Source of the DNA: Bacteroidales bacterium
GTDB taxonomy: Bacteria; Bacteroidota; Bacteroidia; Bacteroidales; WCHB1-69
DNA: 64,000 bases
Direction: 5' to 3'
Assembly (NCBI GenBank): GCA_028693085.1
Contig: JAQUWC010000001.1
Coordinates: 18,951 to 82,950 of the forward strand
The notes under the pieces were generated by a model. The model saw only the letters and a list, made by a program, of their open reading frames with translations, had not been told where the DNA came from and ran no database searches. Shown in pieces: positions 10,718-18,685 of this stretch. Position 1 is the first letter of the stretch; each line of letters opens with the position of its first letter. Both the position numbers and the translations under genes were made by a program.

Positions 10718-11596
10718 TTAATACACTTCTCCTTTAAATGATTTCAGGGTATTCATAATTAAACCAACAATGGTCATTGGTCCTACACCGCCGGGAACAG
10801 GGGTTATGAAATCACACAAGGGCGACACTTCATCAAATTTCACATCTCCTTTCAAGCGAAAGCCCGATTTCTTGCTGGCATCTGCCACTCTGTGCATGCC
10901 TACATCGATAACGGTAGCTCCTTTCTTTACATATTCGGCTGTAATCATTTCACATTTTCCTATGGCTGCTATTAAGATATCGGCCGTTCTACATATCTCC
11001 GGAAGATTTTTAGTTTTACTATGACATAAGGTTACGGTTGCATTTGCTTTGTCATGATTGCGAGACATTAAAATGCTCATAGGTGTGCCTACAATATTAC
11101 TTCTGCCCACAATTACACAATTTTTCCCTGCTGTTTCTATTCCGCTGCGTTCTAATAACATGCTGATACCATAGGGTGTTGCAGGTAAGTAACACGCTTC
11201 ACCTAACACCATTCTTCCAACGTTGATCGGATGGAAACCGTCGACATCTTTTTTAGGATTGATGCTTTCAATGACTTTATGAACGGATATATGTTTAGGA
11301 ATGGGTAGTTGTACAATTAATCCGTCAATTTCTTCGTCTTTATTAATAAATTCAATTGATTCAATTAATTCTTTTTCTGAAATATCAGCCGGCATCTTAT
11401 ACACTGAAGAGGCCATCCCCACTTCTTTACAAGCTTTTTCTTTGTTTGCCACATAAGTTTCACTTGCCGGATCATTACCCACTAAAATAGCCGCTAAATG
11501 AGGGGTGCGACCTCTTTCTTCACGTAAGGCTTTTACTTCATTGGCGATTTCCGATTTGATTAGGTTGGAAATTTCTTTTCCATCGATAAGTTTCAT
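10718..11596 (-). CDS. folD: Bifunctional methylene-THF dehydrogenase/methenyl-THF cyclohydrolase
   Basis: MKLIDGKEISN...LAAILVGNDPASETYV..K.KAC...GRSNIVG.P...TPVPGGVGPMT. Start moved to the internal Met at 11596, because the track start at 11650 overlaps ffh. Confidence 0.9.
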   Translation of the reverse strand: MKLIDGKEISNLIKSEIANEVKALREERGRTPHLAAILVGNDPASETYVANKEKACKEVGMASSVYKMPADISEKELIESIEFINKDEEIDGLIVQLPIPKHISVHKVIESINPKKDVDGFHPINVGRMVLGEACYLPATPYGISMLLERSGIETAGKNCVIVGRSNIVGTPMSILMSRNHDKANATVTLCHSKTKNLPEICRTADILIAAIGKCEMITAEYVKKGATVIDVGMHRVADASKKSGFRLKGDVKFDEVSPLCDFITPVPGGVGPMTIVGLIMNTLKSFKGEVY

Positions 11597-11603
11597 AGAT
11601 AGA

Positions 11604-12932
11604 TTATTTAATGTTAGAAAGATTACGCATGATTTGTTTGCCTCCTCCACTCGAAACCATTTTCATTACTTTACAAGTCTCTTCAAATTGTTTAATTAGT
11701 TTATTAACAGCTTGTATATTTGTTCCACTACCGCTAGCAATTCGTTTTTTCCGACTTCCGTTCAGCAGGGAAGGATTTTCACGTTCTTCTTTGGTCATAG
11801 ATTGAATAATGGCTTCGATTGATTTAAAAGCATTATCATCGATGTCGATATTTTTAATAGCTTTTCCTACGCCGGGAATCATACCCATAAGATCTTTCAT
11901 GTTTCCCATTTTCTTAATTTGCTGAATTTGATCAATAAAATCATTGAAATTAAATTGATTTTTAGCAAATTTCTTTTGTAGTTTGCGTGCTTCTTCTTCA
12001 TTATATTGTTCTTGTGCACGTTCTACAAAAGAAACAATATCGCCCATACCCAAAATACGGTCGGCCATACGGATTGGGTAGAAAACATCCAAGGCATCGA
12101 CTTTTTCGCCCACACCCACAAATTTTATGGGTTTTTGTACCACAGAACGTATCGTTAAAGCGGCACCTCCACGTGTATCACCATCTAATTTCGTAAGAAT
12201 AACTCCATCAAAATCGAGTTTTTCGTTAAATGCTTTGGCTGTATTAACGGCATCTTGTCCGGTCATTGAATCTACAACAAACAAAATTTCATTGGGATGA
12301 ACGGCATCTTTTATGTTTCCGATTTCATCCATCATGGCTTGATCAATGGATAAACGACCCGCAGTATCAATAATTACAACATGAAATCCAAATTCTTTGG
12401 CATGTTTGACGGCATTTTTTGAAATTTCGACCGGTTTAGTATTGCCTTCTTCTGTATAAACCTCTACTTCAATTTGGTTACCTAAAACTCTTAATTGTTC
12501 AATGGCGGCAGGACGATATACGTCGCCGGCAACCAATAATACTTTCTTGGCCTTTTTATGTTTCAGAAAATACGCTAATTTAGCTGAATGCGTAGTTTTT
12601 CCGGAACCTTGCAAACCAGCCATCAATATAATACTGGGATTGGCTTTCAGATTCAGCTCTACATGATCGGATCCCATGAGTTCAGCCAACTCATCGTGAA
12701 CAATTTTTATCATCAATTGTCCGGGCGATATAGATTGTAGTACGTTTTGTCCTAAGGCTTTCTTTTTAATATTGTCGGTTAAATCTTTAGCTATCTTATA
12801 GCTTACGTCAGCATCTAACAAAGCTTTACGTACTTCTTTCAACGTTTCGGCAACATTGATTTCAGTAATATGCCCTTGTCCTTTCAATATTTTAAAAGCA
12901 CGATCAAGTTTATCAGTAAGAGATTGAAACAT
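11604..12932 (-). CDS. ffh: Signal recognition particle protein Ffh
   Basis: MFQSLTDKLDRAFKILKG..., the GTPase motifs GLQGSGKTT, DTAGR and TKLDGD, and an M-domain tail. Confidence 0.95.
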   Translation of the reverse strand: MFQSLTDKLDRAFKILKGQGHITEINVAETLKEVRKALLDADVSYKIAKDLTDNIKKKALGQNVLQSISPGQLMIKIVHDELAELMGSDHVELNLKANPSIILMAGLQGSGKTTHSAKLAYFLKHKKAKKVLLVAGDVYRPAAIEQLRVLGNQIEVEVYTEEGNTKPVEISKNAVKHAKEFGFHVVIIDTAGRLSIDQAMMDEIGNIKDAVHPNEILFVVDSMTGQDAVNTAKAFNEKLDFDGVILTKLDGDTRGGAALTIRSVVQKPIKFVGVGEKVDALDVFYPIRMADRILGMGDIVSFVERAQEQYNEEEARKLQKKFAKNQFNFNDFIDQIQQIKKMGNMKDLMGMIPGVGKAIKNIDIDDNAFKSIEAIIQSMTKEERENPSLLNGSRKKRIASGSGTNIQAVNKLIKQFEETCKVMKMVSSGGGKQIMRNLSNIK

Positions 12933-12961
12933 AAATATTTTTGTTTTTTTGAATACAAGTG

Positions 12962-12969
12962 CAAAAATA
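12962..12969 (-). promoter_or_regulatory. -7 promoter box (TATTTTTG on minus strand) for ffh
   Basis: TAnnTTTG match 30 nt upstream of the ffh ATG. Confidence 0.45.
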
Positions 12970-12994
12970 TAAAAAAAAGCGGTTCAAATCCGCT
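12970..12994 (-). terminator. Rho-independent terminator after the GT2-fusion gene
   Basis: The minus strand reads AGCGG-atttgaa-CCGCT followed by T8. Confidence 0.5.
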
Positions 12995-13086
12995 ATTTAG
13001 CTTCGCTTTGAAAGAAATTTTCCTCCTATAGCTATCAATGCAAACTAATTCAGCAATAGTAACAGATAAAATGCTGTTATAAAGGA

Positions 13087-15057
13087 TTATCGTCCTAAGT
13101 GTTTAAAAGCTTTAAGGATAATTTGCATATCCGTAGTTAATTTATAATCTTGTGCATAGATATTATTTACTTGATAAATCAGATCTTCATTGTTTTGTTC
13201 CAGACGTAAGATATCGGTCGAAAATAACACAGCTTTACGTAGGGGAGGCAAGGTGCTCATGCTTTTATTGCTCAAAGGATTATATCCAACCCAAGTTTTC
13301 TTGCCGGCTAACACCATCATTATATTTCGAAAAAACATTGATTTTCTATTTACAAACCCTATGAAAATAGGAAATAAAATCAATAATAGCCATGAAACCA
13401 CTATGTCAAACATTCTTTTTTTCTGTAGGTTTACTTTTTTTCCAATTGAATTAACATGCAAAGTATATAAATCGCCAAAGACACTGATGGAATTACTCCC
13501 AATGATATAGGTGCTTTGCGAAGGAGCAATTTTATATTCCAAGGACCATTCTTCAAGCTCGGACATGATATTTATGATTTCTTTGGCAGGCAGATTTTCG
13601 CCACAGAAGATAAGTTCATTGATTTTATATATACTTATGATATCCTTTAATTGCGATAAATTTCCAATATATTCATCAGATTTATATTCTTCGTTATTTT
13701 TTATATGATTGATATATCCCACAAATTCATTTTGCACGGGAGTGGTCCCTAATAGGATAGAAATGCGCTTTGCTTCGTTTATATCGCCAATAATCAACAC
13801 TCTCTTTGGTCGTTTTCGTCCGACCGGATAATTTGGGAGATGTAATCTTCCTAAAAAATAACGGAATGCATAGCTTGCCACCAATACCCATAAAGTACCT
13901 AGCACTATAATGGCTCGGGAAAAACGCAGGTTTTCGCTCAACAAGGAATAAATCAACAAAATAATAACTGTGCCCGTAAGTATGCCTTTCCCTAAATTCT
14001 CGAGTTTAACAGGTTGTTTATAGGCGTTTGAAAAATATATGGACAATACCCATATGATAGTATAAATAGGTAAGACGATAAATAAAAACTCCTCTGGAAA
14101 GCCGCTTCCCTTGGGTAATAAAATCCATTTTTCCCAATAATGAGCTATGATTAAGAGGCCTCCGCATATTAATATAAAATCTAATAGCGGTACTATTATC
14201 TTTAAAACAAGACGTTTAAATATTGATAATGATGCCCGAAACCAAATGGCAAGATTTATCATCGTATGAAAAAGCTTTGCATTTTTTTGCGAAAAATGTT
14301 TTTTTGCAAATATCTGCATGGCTTTATAAAAAACAAGCACATAATTAATGCTGCTTTTCTTGGTGCTTTCTCCCTTATAATGAATTATTCTTGTTTTCGG
14401 GAAATAATAATTCTTATGCCCGGACAGTAAAATCCGATAGGATAAATCAATGTCTTCCCCATACATAAAATAATCTTCATCCAAATAGCCGATTTTATCT
14501 AATACCGATTTTCGCAAAAGCATAAAGGCTCCTGAAAGCACTTCAACCTCATTAATTTCATCGCGGTCAAGATACGTAAGATGATATTTGCCGAAACGAC
14601 GGGATTTTTTAAATACCTTGGATAAGCCGAATATTTTATAAAAAGCAACCGAAGGTAAGGGCAACCCGCGTTTTGATTCAGGCAAAAACGATCCTTCGCC
14701 ATTTACCATTTTCACCCCCAAGCCTCCAGCTAAGGGTGTTTCATCCATGAAAGCAAGGATTTTCACAAAGGTATCGGCTTCAACAAGGGTATCGGGATTC
14801 AACAATAAGATATATTTTCCTTTTGCGTGACGCATGGCTTGGTTGTTCGCCTTGGCAAATCCTACATTTTCCTGATTTACGATTAAATGTACCTGCGGAA
14901 ACTTCTTTTTTAACATACGTACAGAACCATCTACCGAGTGATTGTCAACTACAAAGACTTCCGATTCAATACCTTCTAAAGCCGTAAAAACCGAATGCAA
15001 GCATTGTTCAAGGAAATACTCTACATTATAGTTAACAATAATCACACTTAATTTCAT
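13087..15057 (-). CDS. Family 2 glycosyltransferase fused to a membrane/Rossmann module resembling a truncated polyprenyl-P sugar transferase
   Basis: N-terminus MKLSVIIVNYNVEYFLEQCLHSV...VVDN.S.DGS is GT2. After 5-6 TM helices comes KRVLIIGDINEAKR (Rossmann-like) and KKRMFDIVVSWLLLILFPIF, which is the start of a Bac_transf domain. The KFRSM and GPRPE motifs are absent. Confidence 0.75.
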   Translation of the reverse strand: MKLSVIIVNYNVEYFLEQCLHSVFTALEGIESEVFVVDNHSVDGSVRMLKKKFPQVHLIVNQENVGFAKANNQAMRHAKGKYILLLNPDTLVEADTFVKILAFMDETPLAGGLGVKMVNGEGSFLPESKRGLPLPSVAFYKIFGLSKVFKKSRRFGKYHLTYLDRDEINEVEVLSGAFMLLRKSVLDKIGYLDEDYFMYGEDIDLSYRILLSGHKNYYFPKTRIIHYKGESTKKSSINYVLVFYKAMQIFAKKHFSQKNAKLFHTMINLAIWFRASLSIFKRLVLKIIVPLLDFILICGGLLIIAHYWEKWILLPKGSGFPEEFLFIVLPIYTIIWVLSIYFSNAYKQPVKLENLGKGILTGTVIILLIYSLLSENLRFSRAIIVLGTLWVLVASYAFRYFLGRLHLPNYPVGRKRPKRVLIIGDINEAKRISILLGTTPVQNEFVGYINHIKNNEEYKSDEYIGNLSQLKDIISIYKINELIFCGENLPAKEIINIMSELEEWSLEYKIAPSQSTYIIGSNSISVFGDLYTLHVNSIGKKVNLQKKRMFDIVVSWLLLILFPIFIGFVNRKSMFFRNIMMVLAGKKTWVGYNPLSNKSMSTLPPLRKAVLFSTDILRLEQNNEDLIYQVNNIYAQDYKLTTDMQIILKAFKHLGR

Positions 15058-15108
15058 GCAAGTCGTATCTGTGATGGTTTCCGAAATCGCAATTTTATAG
15101 ATATATAG

Positions 15109-16269
15109 TTAAAATTCAATAATATCTGTATACTTAATTACACTGACATTATTGTAGTAAAACCTAAGTATGTCAATATAGGAATATCCTAATTGAACCA
15201 TTTTAATAGCTCCTTCTTGACTTAATCCCACACCATGTCCATAGCCTTTACCGTGCAAATAAACGGTGTCTTTTTTCATTTCTACAGAAAAATAAGAGGA
15301 ACGTAGTTTAAAATAATCTCTGATGTCCTTGGTTGAAATAGTGTCATCGTCAATTACCCATTTAGCAATGCGCTCTTTTTGTTGGAAATTAAAAATTTGT
15401 TCTTGTTTTTCTGGACTTTTATAAGCATCCCCGTATCGTATTACAAAAAAGTTTATCCATTGTTGCCTCGGGATGGCTTTCTCCCACTGATAATTTTTGG
15501 CTCCTATGCTAAATGTATCGACTTTCGACAGTAAATAAGGTACTTTTACCTGCCATATTTTATGTGCATCTTCCGTCATTCCACCGCTGTTGGAATGGTA
15601 GGCCGTTGAAATTAGTTTATTGGTACTATCAACAATCACATCGCTGAACGATTCAAAGGTACCGCGAAGGATATCACCGTTTGTACACCTGCCTTTGTAA
15701 GATTGACAATGTACATCATCGCATAAATTATAACCTTCTTTTAAATGTCTATTCAAATTAGCCAAACAATAAGTTCTGGAAACAGTGGCTTGGATTTTAA
15801 AAAATTCAACATCTTCGGAACTGCCAAACACTTCGGATTGAACTACACCGGCTATGTATTTCTCCAAGTCAACATGATTGATAAAAAGCATTTCATGGCG
15901 TGCCGTAATCATTAAATCTTCTTCGTAATATCGCTTTCTATCTATTTGCGTCGAACTTAACGAGAACACATTGTTGTATTTCTTTCCAATAAATTCAATT
16001 TGATTATAGGTGCCAATAAATTCAATACCCTTTTCTACGCGTATTTGATTGTTATGAAACGTAAGTGTGATGGCTTCATCCGGGATTAAATCGTTGACAA
16101 ATACTTTTAAATTATTACATAACATCATATAATTTCCGGATATGATTTTTACGTCAACCGTTTTTACATTATAGGACGACAACACCCTAACTTTAATGTC
16201 AGCTGAAAAAGCATTATTCACAGCTAAAGCAATCAATAGAAATAAATACAGCGTTTTACTTAATCTCAT
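15109..16269 (-). CDS. SpoIID/LytB domain protein
   Basis: Signal peptide; AYHSNSGGMTED and GHGVGLSQEGA motifs characteristic of SpoIID-family amidase enhancers/lytic transglycosylases. Confidence 0.75.
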   Translation of the reverse strand: MRLSKTLYLFLLIALAVNNAFSADIKVRVLSSYNVKTVDVKIISGNYMMLCNNLKVFVNDLIPDEAITLTFHNNQIRVEKGIEFIGTYNQIEFIGKKYNNVFSLSSTQIDRKRYYEEDLMITARHEMLFINHVDLEKYIAGVVQSEVFGSSEDVEFFKIQATVSRTYCLANLNRHLKEGYNLCDDVHCQSYKGRCTNGDILRGTFESFSDVIVDSTNKLISTAYHSNSGGMTEDAHKIWQVKVPYLLSKVDTFSIGAKNYQWEKAIPRQQWINFFVIRYGDAYKSPEKQEQIFNFQQKERIAKWVIDDDTISTKDIRDYFKLRSSYFSVEMKKDTVYLHGKGYGHGVGLSQEGAIKMVQLGYSYIDILRFYYNNVSVIKYTDIIEF

Positions 16270-16287
16270 CTAAATTTTTTTTGTTTG

Positions 16288-16295
16288 CAAAAATA
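16288..16295 (-). promoter_or_regulatory. -7 promoter box (TATTTTTG on minus strand)
   Basis: TAnnTTTG match 19 nt upstream of the SpoIID-like ATG. Confidence 0.35.
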
Positions 16296-16476
16296 CATGA
16301 TTTTTAATATAATTTTTCTTTTAATCGAAAAAAGGTAGGAGAGCTTTCTTCTAATTTAAAAAGAAAAACACTCTGAATCTCATGTATTAAACATTATTTA
16401 TCCTTAAAATATTAATTCTTTAATAAAAAGATAAACGACTAAAACATAAAAATAATATATGATGTATGAATTTTTA

Positions 16477-16484
16477 TACTTTTG
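16477..16484 (+). promoter_or_regulatory. -7 promoter box TACTTTTG
   Basis: TAnnTTTG match 19 nt upstream of the ATG at 16503. The track ORF's TTG start lies inside this box. Confidence 0.45.
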
Positions 16485-16502
16485 CAGACTAAAAAATCGC
16501 CT

Positions 16503-17954
16503 ATGCTTTTTGAAGACATTGTTGCTTTTCTGGTAAAAATCGTATGGAGTCCAGCTTTGATAGTTGTATGTTTGTTTGGAGGTCTGCTCTTTTCTATCCT
16601 AACTCGTTTTGTTCAAGTAAGACGTTTCAAAGAAATGATTCAATTACTTTTCGTCAAGAAAAATAAGGAAAAAAGTGGAGTGTCCTCGTTTCAAGCTTTT
16701 TGTATGGCCATTTCAGGTCGTGTCGGTACGGGCAATATTGTGGGAGTGGCCACTGCCATTGCCTTTGGTGGACCGGGTTCCATCTTTTGGATGTGGATTA
16801 TTGCCTTTTTGGGTGCCAGTTCCGCTTTTGTGGAATCGACTTTGGCACAAATATATAAAGAAAAACACGGTCAACAATTGCGCGGTGGTCCTTCCTATTA
16901 TATTGAAAAAGGCTTGCATTGCAAATGGTTGGCCATTGCTTTTGCCATCAGCACCATTGCCGGTTGCGGTTTTCTATTGCCCAGTGTTCAATCCAATGGG
17001 GTGGCTTCTGCTTTTAACATTGCATTAGGAATTGAACCTATTTATATCGGAGTCGCTTTATCTTTGGTATTGGGATTTGTAATAATCGGAGGAGTGAAAC
17101 GCATTGCAAACGTTGCCGAAGTAATAGCTCCTTTTATGGCAATAGGCTACATGCTCGTTGCACTAATGGTTTTAAGCTTTCATTGGGATAAGATACCCGG
17201 CGTGTTTGCACTCATTTTCCAAAGTGCCTTTGGATTTCATCCCATATATGGAGCTATCATTGGAAGTACCATTATGTGGGGAGTAAAACGCGGCATTTTC
17301 TCCAATGAAGCCGGGCAGGGGAGCTGCCCCATCATTGCCGCTGCCGCCGAAGTGTCGCATCCGGTGCAACAAGGATTGGTTCAGGCCTTTTCCGTCTATA
17401 TTGATACCTTGCTTATTTGTACGGCTACCGCTGTCATGATTTTAGTAACCGGAATGTATAATGTTTTCTATGAATCAGGCCTGCTCTTGGTGGAAAATGC
17501 TCCCGCATTAGGCAACCAATATGTAGCCTTTACCCAAGGGGCTATCGATAAAGTATTCCCGGGTTTCGGCAATTTGTTTGTGGCTTCTGCTTTGTTGTTT
17601 TTTGTGTTTACCACACTGATGGCCTATTACTACTATGCCGAAACAAGCATTGTTTACTTGTTCGGCAAAAAAAAGAAAAGAGGAAATTATGGCATTTGGG
17701 GTCTCAGAATATTAATCGTTTTGGCCGTTTTTTACGGCTCCATTAAACAAGCTACCTTGGCGTGGCAATTAGGCGATATTGGTGTGGGTTTAATGGCGTG
17801 GATTAATCTTATCGCCATTTTCTTGTTGTTTCCTAAAGCTATACGATCCTTGAAAGATTATGAAAACCAAAAAAAGAAGGGAATAAATCCTAGTTTTGAT
17901 CCGGATAAACTACGTATTCCAAAAGCAGACTTTTGGAAGAAAACCGATATCTGA
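16503..17954 (+). CDS. Alanine/glycine:cation symporter (AGCS family)
   Basis: Multi-TM protein with FQAFCMAISGRVGTGNIVGVATAI..GGPG.IFWMW and GIFSNEAGQGS motifs. Confidence 0.85.
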   Translation: MLFEDIVAFLVKIVWSPALIVVCLFGGLLFSILTRFVQVRRFKEMIQLLFVKKNKEKSGVSSFQAFCMAISGRVGTGNIVGVATAIAFGGPGSIFWMWIIAFLGASSAFVESTLAQIYKEKHGQQLRGGPSYYIEKGLHCKWLAIAFAISTIAGCGFLLPSVQSNGVASAFNIALGIEPIYIGVALSLVLGFVIIGGVKRIANVAEVIAPFMAIGYMLVALMVLSFHWDKIPGVFALIFQSAFGFHPIYGAIIGSTIMWGVKRGIFSNEAGQGSCPIIAAAAEVSHPVQQGLVQAFSVYIDTLLICTATAVMILVTGMYNVFYESGLLLVENAPALGNQYVAFTQGAIDKVFPGFGNLFVASALLFFVFTTLMAYYYYAETSIVYLFGKKKKRGNYGIWGLRILIVLAVFYGSIKQATLAWQLGDIGVGLMAWINLIAIFLLFPKAIRSLKDYENQKKKGINPSFDPDKLRIPKADFWKKTDI

Positions 17955-17959
17955 AACCT

Positions 17960-18148
17960 TTACGACTTTCCGTACAATATTTTGCGGATATCAAATTCGG
18001 ATATTTCGGAAATCTTGAGGGCTTGTCCATAGGCTTTCTTGGCTTCGAGGAGTTGGTCTTGTCGTTTGAATAGTTCTTGTTTAAAGGTATTTCCGTTGAG
18101 AAGGGTGGCATCGACATTGCGCTCGGATAATCTTGCTGTTTTTAAATG
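17960..18148 (-). pseudogene. Orphan 3' gene fragment with no start codon; family unknown
   Basis: A 62-codon open frame reads HLKTARLSERNVDATLLNGNTFKQELFKRQDQLLEAKKAYGQALKISEISEFDIRKILYGKS*. It is bounded upstream by TAG (18149-18151) and contains no Met. Its composition looks coding-like compared with the flanking AT-rich DNA. Confidence 0.3.
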
Positions 18149-18685
18149 CTATACAGTCTTGATAAAAAATAAGCTAAGCCTATTTTCCATGAATTGTAAA
18201 ATTAGTTCTGATTAAAACAATTATTCTTCTAACTAGAACAATAAGCTTAAAATAAAAATCAATCTTTCGGATATAAAAATATATATTTATTTAGAATAAT
18301 GAAAAGTTTAAAGTGGTTTTCAATAAAAAATCCAGCAGCTCTTTTTATGCTGTATAAAGATAATGTATGGTAATATCCCAAAATGTGTGTATATTTTCTA
18401 TTTCTTTGTTATAGATGCATTTCTAATAGATTTTTCCTAAAATCGGTCTGTTTTTTATCTAAAATGCTGTATAAAGCGTTTTTAGGCTGTTTTACGGGCT
18501 TTTGTATCCGAGCTTTAGTATACTATTAGGAGAAGGGTTGAGTCGCTTAAATCACAGGAAAACAACCCAAAGCAAATTTTAAATATTTTTTTGCATAGGG
18601 TATTTTTGTGACCTACATGGCGGTTTATGGCATGCAAAAGCTCCCACTTTCCCCCAAGAGCCGTTTATCGTTTTCCGATAGGAGA

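Noticed and set aside
12978-12994. tRNA-like T-arm sequence AGCGGTTCAAATCCGCT
   Set aside because: The upstream 60 nt are almost pure A/T, with no acceptor, D or anticodon stems. The hairpin followed by T8 on the minus strand is better explained as a terminator.
17890-18117. 75-aa minus-strand ORF (MSMPPFSTEIPLNK...)
   Set aside because: It overlaps the end of the AGCS transporter gene and has an unconvincing composition. The alternative frame (17960-18148) looks more protein-like but lacks a start, so it is reported only as a fragment.
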